A DNA stretch of 64,000 nt, taken from contig NC_043005.1 in assembly GCF_006345805.1 (NCBI RefSeq), positions 33,666,001 to 33,730,000 of the forward strand, given 5' to 3'. Of the stretch, positions 49,513 to 62,281 are shown piece after piece (positions within the stretch are counted from its first letter, which is position 1; each line of letters begins with the position of its first letter). The position numbers were made by a program, and so were the translations under genes. The stretch is from Octopus sinensis (lineage: Eukaryota). Below the pieces are notes generated by a model. It saw nothing but the letters and a program-made list of their open reading frames with translations. It ran no database searches and was not told the origin of the DNA.

Positions 49513-52500
49513 CTAGTTGAGTTAGCAGTTGGAATAACTGTCTAAGGGATAAGAAAATCTAGGCTGTAAGGTTGTAAAAGTGACATGTTTAATAAAATAA
49601 CAGATTAAGATGGTTTTAGACTTTTAAACTTTTCTTCAGCACTGTAACAAAAAAAAAAAAAGATGATATGGATGCATAATTTTCAGTCTTCTCATTAATA
49701 AACAGGGAGAATTGTTAAAAATTTCATTAACTTTTATTTGAGTAGGGACATGGTTTGGAAACTATTGATTCCAAGATTAACTAAAATATTTGTATTTTCT
49801 CTTTTATGGTCAGATGGAACAATATGACGAAGCAGTTAAGGTTTTACAAGAACTCCTTGATGTTGGTAAGTTGGTAAACAATTTAGTTTTTGTTTGCTTT
49901 TCCTGTCTTTGGCAGAATGGATGACTGATATCTTTTGTGGATTTATAAGATTAAATTATATCTTATAACTGGTTAATATTTTCAGGCATGGTAAAGAAGT
50001 TCACTTTAAAGCCAAATGGTTCTGAGTTCATTTCCTCTATGCGACATTTTGCACAAAAATCTTCTCCCAGAGCCTTGAGCTGATTAATATCTTGTGAATG
50101 GAAGAGACATAAACATTTATGAGAAAGCAGAATCCAGTGTTTTGTGAACAATATGAAGCTATTGGACATACAAAACCAGTGACACTTTTTGTTCACAAAT
50201 TATAACATAATAAATAATCTAGTTAAAAAATAAACAAACAAAAAAACAAATCAAAAAGGATTGATTTTTTAATGTCCTTTATTTGAACTTTGCCCAGAAC
50301 TGTTGTCCAGAAACTATTTAAAGAGTATTTCAGCCCAAGAAGCCACCACAAATGTACTGTCATTTCCCTTTTAAATTCTTAATTAGTTCCTTTCTTTTTT
50401 AGTTAATCTGATAATTATCTTTTCCATCTTAGGTGGAGGAATGATGAGTTAAACTAGAAAAGAACCCAGACACAGGTTCCAAGCTTTGTTTTGGTGCACA
50501 AATGACTGTCTGGCCAAGAAGTTTATTTTGCATTCATATATGTTATGGTTCCAATTTCATGGTGCAGGACTTTGGCCAAGTGTTTCTACATTAGTCTTGG
50601 ATTAACTTAGGCCTTGTGACTGAAATTTGATAGATGAAAACTGTACAGAAACCTGTCATGCATATGCATGAGTGTACAAGTATTTCAGTGAGAAAATTAT
50701 TGACAAACTAGTGCATGAAAAAACCCCCACCTTGTGATATTCATTCCAGACACTTCCTTATCATTGTTACTATAGAAACGACAGTGAATCAATGATTTGT
50801 CCATTGGAAACCTATTTCCAACGATGTTGTTCATAAAATAAATAACCAAATATAAATTTCTGCAATATTACACATAGACTGCTATCTTAGTCTGCTACCT
50901 TATACAGACAGTCATTGTAACTTTACAATTGTTGTCTTTAAATATAGACATTATTAACAAGTAACCTTTAAATGTGGGCCCCAAACTACCTCACCACCAC
51001 CACCACCACATTCGCACCTGGGCCCTACAGATTATAGATTAAGTTTGTCACTGATTCTTGTCATTCTACCAATAAAAGTTGATATTCTTTAGAGATATTT
51101 CCTTCCAAAAAATTGCCCTTTACCATATCTAAAATACATGCTATTTTTGTTGTAGATCCCCATAATAATCGTGCAAAGGAAAATAAGAAGTTTTTTGAGA
51201 AGAAACTGAAATCCAAAAAAAAGGCTCCAGGCAAAATGGAACCTAAAGTGCCAGAAGATTTTCAAGAGGCAAACTATGAGAAATTATGTCTGAAACAAGT
51301 TGTTCAGGTAAATTAGTTTGTCTTTTTTACCCTTTAATGATGCAGCCATGTTTGTTTTTCAGAAAGGTATGAACATCACAATCTCACATTTCCAGTTTCT
51401 CTTAAGTTTACTTTATTGAGGATGTACGGGGGTGATGGTAAGTATGGATATGGTGGGTTTAATTTGGGATTGATAGTTCTAAAAGGTGGGAGCCTTTCTA
51501 AAGATGATAGAATGATTGGGACTGATTGGGGTTGATGGCATTACTGCTGATGGTAATGAAGACATCAAGATATGATAGCATTGATAATGGATCATATGGT
51601 ATCATTTATAATGAAATTGGTTATAGTTATATTTTGAAGTCCTTAAAGTCTTAGGAGGGAAGGTGTTGTCAAAAGACCACAAAATTAGAAATTTTGTGAA
51701 TTAAATAAGATTGAGGAGTTAGACTTTTGTGTACTGCAAGAACACATGGTAGAGAAGAAAGTTCTACATGGCAGCAGAGTTTCTAAGGAAAGCTTGAGTG
51801 TTTGGAAGCAGATGGGTTGATGAAATAGGATGGTTGGTGGCTAAATTATAGTCTGGATACTGCCAGTGAGTTGTAACAAGTAAAAGTTTATAATACTAGT
51901 TACAGAAAAGTTAGTGAAAAGATACAGCATATTGCTATTGCAGGACTAAGAAAATATTGATAGGAGATCGTGACAATCACTAGCTTATAGGGATAACATT
52001 TAATGGGGGTATTTGAAAGATATTACTTTCCAGTGATGAAGTTGATGGTTGTAATGTCTGGAGGATATGAAAGTAATTTGTTGTGGGTGGCATCATTGTT
52101 AATAATGGCAACATTTCTGACCTTAGTTCTTGTTGTTTAATCACAGGTTACCTTCATTGAACAGACTTGTAATCAAAAAGTATTGCCATTATGACCACTT
52201 CACTTGCTTTCCTCTGGTAAATGTATCCTTCATTTATTTAAGGTGTTAGGATGTGATTTAAAGAAGATTTGGCTGTTATTTCTAACAGTTCAAATAACTA
52301 CAGAGCAGCTGTCACTCATTGTCCCATTCTGATTGTAGGCATCAATAGTGGGTAGTCTTTCAGGTAACGACTATATTTATAAGGCTAGCATGTTTATTGC
52401 CCATTAATAAGGATAGTATATTTATTACAGATGATGCTTAATTTCTGCCTGTCATTATCCATACTTCTCTATCTCTCCCTCTGATTAGGACCCCTGTATA

Positions 52501-53374
52501 ATGAGAGATTTCATTGATTCTGTTGTTATCTGATAGACTCTTCCATTTACCCTTCCAAAATGCCAGCCATCACTCCCTCTCCCTTAGGTCACTCTTTTTT
52601 TACTGACATCCATCACTCTCTTACCATTGTCACCTCAACTATCTGTCACTCACGCACTTTTATCAGTGAACATTGCCTTTTTATACTTTTATCCACCACT
52701 CCCTCTATCCCCTAGCACTTATTATTGACACCTACCATACTTTATTATCACTAATCACACCCTCATATTACCACCTATTCCTATGATTAACCATCACACA
52801 CTCTCTTTACTTGCTAGCATGTAGCTACCAAAAGTATTTCTCTCCATTTACTCTCTGCCATTACTGTCTCCTATCTCTCATTCCTCTTCCACACTCTCAC
52901 CCTAGTTTCTTACTCACACCTCTTCTTCCATCTTATCTGAGTTCATCTACTACAATCAGCCACTCCTCTACTCATTCTATTTGTTGCATTACATGGAATG
53001 AATGGAGACAACATTGAGTTGTAAGGACCTTTTGTCTTACATAGTGTAGGGAAACCTCACTGATGCTGGTGCCATGATTAGTCACATCTAGTATACTTTA
53101 TAAAGTGGTTGGAGAAGGATAAGAGATAGTTAAGGGTTGACAAGACCCTTTAATTTCATCTATTATAGTATTTATTGACAGTGACTTCAAAGTTTCAGCC
53201 AGCTAAGCCATAATTGAACTGTCCAATGATGGCTTAGCTGGCCAAAACTTTGAAACCACAGTTAATACTATTCTTGCTAAAGAATAATAAGTTTGTTCTC
53301 TAATAGAGAATTCTTCAGTTGAATATAAAATTGTCTTTATTATAACATAAAAGCAAAATACACACAAGTGTGCG

Positions 53375-53414
<40 letters not shown>

Positions 53415-53432
53415 CATACACACACACATACA

Positions 53433-53466
<34 letters not shown>

Positions 53467-56400
53467 TTTGCACATACACATGAATGTAGAAAATAAATTC
53501 TTGGTAGCATAAAGTATTGAGGAAGTGCTTCAAAGAAATTCTCCAAAGTTCCAATCATTCTTGCTTTTAAAGCTTTTCCCGTATTCTTTAAACTGCCAGC
53601 AGGAACTTAGCTTTGGCATTCTCATGCTTTGTATCTTTTTGTCTTTAACAGCCTGTTGAGAAAACATCAAGACTCTATTGTTACCTACATCCGACACATA
53701 AACAGATATTATTTGGAAAAGCAGAGATTCTTAGTCTGAAGCCTCGTATTATTTTATTCCACGATTTGGTGAATAACAACATCACTGACTCAATAAAAGC
53801 ACTTGGTATTAAGGAGGTGAGAGATAGATTTTTTGATATAATGATGTATGGGATTGTAAGATGGCAATCCATTCTCTTAATGAAACTAATCCTGACTTAA
53901 TATTATTCAATTATTATTCGATGTTATTCAATGATATTAGTGCAGTATAGTCTTCTATTATAATTACTACCATTTCTAAAATGTATTGTAAGAGTACTTG
54001 ACCACAATACTCTTGATTGAATCCTCATTTTATCAACACTAGAAGGATGAAATGCAAAACTGACCTGGGTAAAATTTGAACTCAGAATGTAAAATAACAC
54101 AAACATTTGGTTTTTTGTCCCAAATTCTATTATTTCTGCTAATCCATAACTTTTTTTATTGAAAAATTATCTTTACAACTTTAATCTAATGTTCTTTTAT
54201 GTTGCAGCTTTGTGACTAAACCATCATTGATATTTACATACCCAGGTTAGCCTTGATCAAGCTGACCTATGATCAAAGGGTGCCTAAACACTTGTACAGT
54301 TCTCTAAATGTTATTCTAATGAAAATATTTTATTTAGCTTTTAATTATATAATTGTTTTTTTCTTTTTCTGATGAACAGATACAGTCAGTGCTGGAACTT
54401 AATATATACAAATATGAAATGCAGGGGTTTGTACAGTTTTATACATTTTAATATGGAGAGTATTATTTAAACTATGTTACCTCAAGTATAGCAGTAGTAT
54501 TTAATACAGTAGTGATGTTGTGTGTGTGTGTATTTAGAATATGGAATTTGCCAATGAAACAACATCATATATATTCATGACTAAATAATTTCATTGATGA
54601 AAATATTTCAGTGTTGTTAGTTTTATAAATAAAATGTAATTTCTCTTCAGATGCATTAAATTTTTCTTTTTTGTTTATTGAGTATTTTATTCATATTTTT
54701 AGATTAAAGCAAAACAAAATTTTTTAAAATGCTACAACAGCAGATATTAAATAAAAGAATAGAAATAATATTATCAAATCAAAAAATCTCCCAGCTCTTA
54801 ACAAGGAGAAAATAAAATACATAAAGAAAAAAAAAGCAACAAATAAAAGTATTTCAATCAATATTTTCTCTGAAATAAATGTTGTTCAGTAAAAAAAAAA
54901 AGAAGAAAGAATCTAACATGTGAAAATGTTAAACTACAAATAAAAGATGTTTCCCCACCCCATTCCCAACAAATCACTGCTCAAAAGTAATGAATTATTG
55001 ACTGTACATTGTGTTAGGTATTGATGGTATGTCATGTTGAACATTTGTGCTTCAAGTTTCAAACAGCTGGCAGTAAATAGTGATTATTGGAAGAATGGAT
55101 TAATTGTACCATGTGGCAACTTTCATTTTATGTTAACAACAGTGGAAAAAATATAGTGACAACTTTGACTTTTAGATTACTGTACTATTGTTAGTATTAT
55201 TCTTGTTGTTAGTGCTGTTTTTTTTTGTTATTTTAGTGATGTTTATTGTTGATATTTTGTTATTTATTCAAACAAAAATGTTGAAGTAAAATTGTCTGTT
55301 ATTTCTGAATGGATGTGTGTATTTGTGTGTTTGGGTATGCATGTATGTGTGTATGTATGCATGCATTACATGTATGTGTGTTTATATGTATGTATTGTAC
55401 AAATGTATTGTACAATGAATGTATGTATATATGCATGTTTATATATATATCTATATATGTAGTTAAATAAAAGTCAGGTAAAAAACCTAGTAGAATGCTA
55501 TGCCAAGCTCGTCCATAGTTATTGGCTACCTGATGTCCTCATACTGTAGAATGCTCATCATTCAATTTCTTTATTGGAATAAAGGATAAGTGGCTCATCA
55601 TACAGTAGAATGCTCTTGCTGTTGGGTATACATCAGAAATTCCAGAGAATTCATAAAGTTTATATAAATAGATAAATGACATTTTTTTAATCTAAAGTCA
55701 CTACAATTGTTTTGACACATTTTTTACACCTCTAGTACATTGGTGAGGTGTTGTGTAGTCATTATCACACATCGAAGATATAAAATGCACTTTGTGAAAT
55801 GACAGTTGGATCTAACAAAAGGCTTTTTTAAACAATCACCAGAGGATGTGCATTTTAGCAGTAATACCATACGCAGAACTTGAACTCGGAGGGTTTTGTG
55901 ACTGTAAAAACTAATATAGGTAGGAAGTTCTTAAAATTAGTCTCTAAACATTTTCAACCTAGCCATAAGTTTTACAGAATATTTAATAGAAGAATGCTGA
56001 AGATTAACTATTCTTGTAAAAACTTCGCCTCTTTCATTAGCCAACACAACATGAAAATAATTACAAATAACCGCAGTGCCGATTCTGATCCAAAGAATTG
56101 CAATTTCAAAGATGAGGCCACCTGTCCATTGGAAGGAAAATGTCTGGAGAAAGGGGTTGTGTATAGGGCCAAAGTACAAATAGAAGGCTCATGTGAGTAC
56201 AAAACATACACAGAGGCTTCAGAAAATTCTTTCAAAACCAAATTTAGTTTCCATGGTTGGATGTCCCTCCTAACACTAACCACTTGACAGAGTGCACTAA
56301 GTACATTTATTTATTGTGATATTAGTCCTAGAGAGGTTGTCATATCTTTCACAAGACTAAAGGGTCTGCTTGATCTCATATTTAACGGGTGCACTGGTGT

Positions 56401-58727
56401 ATTTTATCATGATTCCAAAACCAGAGAGGACAAGGGTAAAAACATGATGGTTTGAAAGAGGTGAGGGTGAATGATGGATGCCAATACCCAATGGAGTAAA
56501 GATAGAGTGTTTGGGGTTCATCTATATCTGATGCAATTCCTTATATATACGCTTCAGGCTGGTTTTCTTGCTTATCATCCTCATTATCTCCACTGTTCTC
56601 AGTAAGAAGTTTAACCATCCTTTCTTCTTCCATTAACACCTATTACCCAGGGTCACTTGCTTTCTCTCTTTCTCATATAAATCTCTTTTCTTTTTCAGGA
56701 TTTCACTTGATACAAGAATGAAATCACAGAAACAAAATGAGCTGAAAAGACATTTTGCAAATTTAAAGAACTTGGTATTCCCTCCACTGGAATCTAGTGT
56801 TATGGAGGTTTGTATAAAATATACCAGTTTATTAACAGTCACTAGTTTATTATTAATTTTAGGGATGAATGCCACAGAGTGAGAAGTTTTGCTGAGTCAC
56901 TATGTTGACCTGTTTTCTAGATCAAGATGGCTAACTCACTTCACTTATGTTGCCAAAACCACTCTCAAATATCATGATATTCTGTTACGTACTTCTAAAA
57001 CAGGAATCAGCAAACTTCTTATATCATCAAGCCCTTTATAGAATTGTTGATAACATATTGAGACCCATCATGTAAATTTCTAAAATAAAATTAAGAATGG
57101 CGGTGCCCCAGCATGGCCACAGCTCGCGAGCTGAAACTAGATAAAAATAAAAATAAATAAAATAAAAATAAGTACAATTAATAAAAAATTTCTTGATTTA
57201 AAAACATTAAATCCTTTGTTCTTTTATGTCATTACTACTCTTTAATGAAGAATAGTTAATGAAAATTATGGAAAGTATTTTACGAAATTGATAAATAAAA
57301 ATAAAAATTCAGTTATATTGCATTGATATAGTTGAAGATTTACCCCTTGGATAGCCACATAGACTTCCAGAGTTTGATATTAACCAGTTTGCTGAACTCT
57401 GTTCTAGATTACAAAATATTTGTCTTTGGTCACAGGTTTAATGATTTATTGGTAAAGAGTCCTATGATTCCTAGTATGTTCAAATCAATTTAACAGTTCA
57501 TAAAATATAAACAAGAATAATTACAGTGAAGATAGAACTCAGATAAAAGTAAAAAATGGAAATGAATTTGTTGTTGGTTTCAAAAATGAGTTTCCCAGTT
57601 GTTCAATCTCTTTATTGGAATAAAGGATAAGTGGCTCATTATTCCACAGACACTGTTAATGTAAATGCTCAGAGAAAGTCAGCATTGACTCAATGTGACA
57701 AAGCTACTTATTAAAATTACTGGGATCATCCATTCAAAGGACCTCCATATAGTCTCCATTAACTAAGTTTCTCTCACAAAATATAGATCTTTATCATAAA
57801 AAAAAAAAACATTTGTCAATGCTAACCTGCAGAGAGTTTGAAACATTGACTGCATAATTGTAAAGCTAATTTCTTAACCATTCAACCACATCTGACACAT
57901 GGCAGGAAGCAGAGATAGAAAAATGATAAACAAAAATTAAGTGAAAAAATTAACGGAAATTTTAAAAATCAGAAGAGTTTCAGACCATGTATTGATTTAT
58001 TGGGTGAGATGACACTAGTTAATAATATGACACTGGTACCACTATTACTTCTAACTCTAGGATACCATACCAAAATTATACAAATGGCTGAATGACTTAA
58101 TGTGAAACATTATGTTACTGAGTTAAAATACTGCTTTATAATTTTGGCATAAGGCCAGCAATTTTGAGAAGAGGGCTAGTTGATTACATCGACTCCAGTA
58201 CTCAACTGGTACTTATTTTATTGTTGTCAAACAGACGAAAGGCAAAGTCTACCCCTGCAGCATTTGAACTCAGAACATAAAGTATGGAAGAAATGTTGCT
58301 AAGCATTTTATCTAGTTTGGTAACAATTCTACCAGCTCACTGCCTTACAGAATTAAAATATTGACAAGACAAACTTTTACTTCACACAAGCTCCTCTAGA
58401 TGAAGGCCAATAGACTAATATTAGATTTGGTACCATATTGACACCATGAATAATGACTTTGGTTTTAGCTCTATAATCTGTTTCAAAATAGTTTTGGTTT
58501 TAAAACTCTTGCCAGTGATGAAACACAAATTAACTAGTTATTCTTACAGCTATCTTTTGTCACATAGTATTATAACATCATGGTTTTAAGGATCATCTTC
58601 ATTGATATTTGACATAAATATTTTACAGATTCGTAACTTTGGACTCCAAGGCTTTTTTGCACCTCTGTATGCAGTAAGTATACTACTACTACTACTACTA
58701 CTACTACGGCTGCTGCTGCTGCTGCTG

Positions 58728-58772
<45 letters not shown>

Positions 58773-58947
58773 ATAATAATAATAATAATAACAATAATAA
58801 TAACAATGGAACCATTCGAATACTCCGGATGGTGCTTGAAAAATAAGGGGTGTTACCTTCGTTCACTGGTAGTGAACAGCAGACACTGTAGTACATCTCT
58901 AGCATTAGAAGCTGTGCAAAGACAATATAATAATAATAATAATAATG

Positions 58948-58981
<34 letters not shown>

Positions 58982-58987
58982 TAATAA

Positions 58988-59024
<37 letters not shown>

Positions 59025-62000
59025 GGTAATTTGTTTTCTCCAACATCTTTAAACAAGTCTCTTATTGAAGAACCTTTTGAGTGGGATGGGATACTCAACC
59101 TGAAGAAAATTCTAACTGGGCCCAACCTGTAAGGTCATGCACTGTTTGTCTTGATATGAGATCACCATGCTGCGCATATGGCTGTGATACATGTGCCTGG
59201 TGTACCCTGTTTAGACAGGTAGTCATGATGGGTATACTGGGCTTCATATACTTTACCCCAGTGTCACTTTGCTCTCCCACTCAGTAATAATAATAATAGT
59301 GATGCAGCACTAGGTAGTGGTTCTCATGGCTTCTGATTTTAACTTATTGAAAGGGTTAGCACTTATATATTTTGACTTGGCATAAAGGATGGGCTACAGC
59401 AAATATTCTGCTCAATATCACAAATTTACTTGTCAGCTGCTTGACCATAACCACCTGAGCATGTCCCTTAGTAACCAACAACATGTGCATCTCTGACCAT
59501 GAGCAAGAGTAGTAGGGGAGCATACTAGCCATGTGTTGAGAGGAACTTTTTGGGGTTCGAATAATTCACCACTGGAAACATGGGTATTTTGTTTATCATC
59601 CTTAAACAAACCTTTCAAATCATCATATTATCTTACAATAAGATAAACATATTGGATAATGTAATCCTAGATACACTAGACCTGAAAATAAAATGAGATG
59701 GTCATGGTTGGAATGCCTTTGATAATAGATCTGTTCAAAGAAGGTTGATTGAGGATTAAACAATAGCCAGTCCTCACAACATATACCAATGTAATTATGT
59801 TATTTACATCTATTAATTCATGATTTAATAATGTTTCTGAATTGTTTTATTTTGCACTTTTTGTAAAATATTTTTGTTTTTGGAGATGTTCTTGTATAGC
59901 AAGTGTTTTGATTTGAGGTTGTGTGCTGAAACTAAAGTGATTACAGTGTGGAAGACATAAGTTGGCCATTCAGAAACACACGGAGATAGTCAACTTCACT
60001 GAAACATTTATTTGTAATATGATGTTAAAATTTTCATCACTCAAAACTGCAACCTGTCCACTGGCAAAATTGTGCTATTTTGAGCAACAAAAATTTTCAT
60101 ATATTACAAATAAATATTTAAGTGAAGTTGATGGTTGTTGTGTGTTTCTGAATGGCTAACTGATGATGTTGTTTTTTTGTCTTAAACTAATTTTTGCTTG
60201 TTCTTGATTTTCAGCCAGTGCCAACTGCAGGTGGACAAATTGGTTCTTTTTTGGTTGCTGTAAGTATCTGAAAATACTAATTTCAAATTTTGACACAAGG
60301 CCATCAAGTTCAGGGCAGGGGTTAAGTTGATTACATTGGCCCCAGTGTTCATTTGACACTTATTATTTTATTGATCCTGAAGGGATGAAAGGTAAAGCAT
60401 ACCTCAGTAGAATCTGAACTCAGAACTTGAAGATGGACAAAATGCTGCTAACAATTCTACTAGCTTGCTGCCTCAGTATCTGAAAATATTAACTCTTGTG
60501 TTGGACTTTCTAAGACTATCGAATGTTTTCTTTTGTAGATTATCTCTAATTCTTTATAGAAATATCTAATATTATTTCAAAGCTTGATGGTTACCTTGCT
60601 TGAAAACAGGTGAGAGTTGGCAACAAGAAGGACACCCAACCATAACAGAACTGACTCAACAAAGTTTATCTGACCTATGCAAGCATGGAAAAGTGGGTGT
60701 TAAAATAATGATGATGATGATGATGATGCTTAAATTACTCATTATAATCACTAATTTGGGATGAAAAGAAAGCCAAGAGGTTCAAACTTGCTTTTAAATT
60801 AATGTTTACAATGTGTAATAACATTTTACATTGATAATGTTAGTAGAAAATTCATTCATATAAACAGGTGGTAGAGAAATTACCTCCTCCATGTATTGTA
60901 TCAGCTTTTTTTAAAGTTGTCAGGAGAATATTTAATGGAAGCCTTTAAATGTATTTGTTATTTTTATATTTTCTAGTTGAATGACGTCTTGGAAGGAACT
61001 GAAATTGTCTTCCCATTTGGCAATATTACAGCTACTGTAAAAAAGGTAAGCAATTGGCAAATTTACTCTCTCTCTCTCCCCCTCTCCCCTCTATCTTTCT
61101 CTTCATCTCTCCCTGTCTCTCTCACTTCATCTTCTTTTTCTCTTATCAAAGGGTGGTGATGACTTAGGAAAATATAATGCAGGAAGGTCATGGCTGGAAT
61201 GTCTTTGATCACAGGTCTGCGTAAGTCTAAATAGTAACACCACCATCATCACAACTACAGAAAAGACCCCAGTTTGTCCCTCCTATTGGTAAAGAAAGAT
61301 AACAGAGACATAGCTCACAAGGTGAGAGAGCCTCGATAATGGATGAAAGAGATGTAAGAGAATGGTAATGGAGACAGTAATAGAGAGAACAGTGCTGGGA
61401 GTGGAAGTAATAGAGGGGAGAAGGGAAGACTAAAATTATTAAAAATATTTAGAAGGCCAATATGACTTTTAAGTTGAAAAAAAAATATCCACAGAGTGTG
61501 CAGGTTTGAAAAAACATTTTGTTTGCAAAATTCTGTCCTACTCTCCATGCTACACAAGCTCTCTAGTGAGAATAAGACTTAATGCAGGATATCTATAAAG
61601 ATATCCTGCATTAAGCATCATCATCATGATCATTATCGTTTTAAGGTCCACTTTTCCTTGCTTCATTTGATCAGTGGGAGTTTATTGAAGAAGATTTTCA
61701 TTAACTGGATACCCTTCCTGACCCTAACTTTCACTTATTTCCTAGCAAGGTAATATTTCCCCATGGCCAGACATGTTTCCACAGATTACTGAAAATGAAT
61801 GACACTGCTTGTATGACAGTGACACTCATTTACAACTATCAAGACAAAGTGCTACAAAGCTTAGGTGCATTACAATTCATTATTTTATATTGTTTTAACA
61901 TTTTATTTAAAAATTTGATAATGTTAATTTTAATGGAAACAATAATCAAAAGCATTATCCTTTTTTTCTTGGAACAGGGATCTGCCCTCTTCTGGTATGC

Positions 62001-62220
62001 TATTCATCTATACCCAGCAATCTGCCCTATATCTCATGGTTCATTGTGGCGTAAGTTGACTCTCAGTATATTCTTCATTGATTTCATTCAAATAGTCACA
62101 ACTATTGGTTGAGTATCAGTCTCTTGTTGTGTGTATATGTATGCATGAATTCAAGTATATGTGTATGTATGTATGTATATACATATATATGTATATGTGT
62201 GTACACACACACACACCTGC

Positions 62221-62281
<61 letters not shown>

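Noticed and set aside
57332-57451. Open 120-nt stretch [13 protein letters not shown]...GHRFNDLL containing an HxD motif, which could rescue the catalytic site
   Set aside because: It has a weak acceptor and needs several gaps to align. The exons at 58629-58673 and 60215-60259 align ungapped with much stronger splice sites. It would not restore the distal His or Lys. Still worth checking in RNA-seq.
58570-59132. 158-aa and 176-aa ORFs with poly-L/V/N/Y
   Set aside because: Trinucleotide microsatellites. Only 58629-58673 is a real exon.
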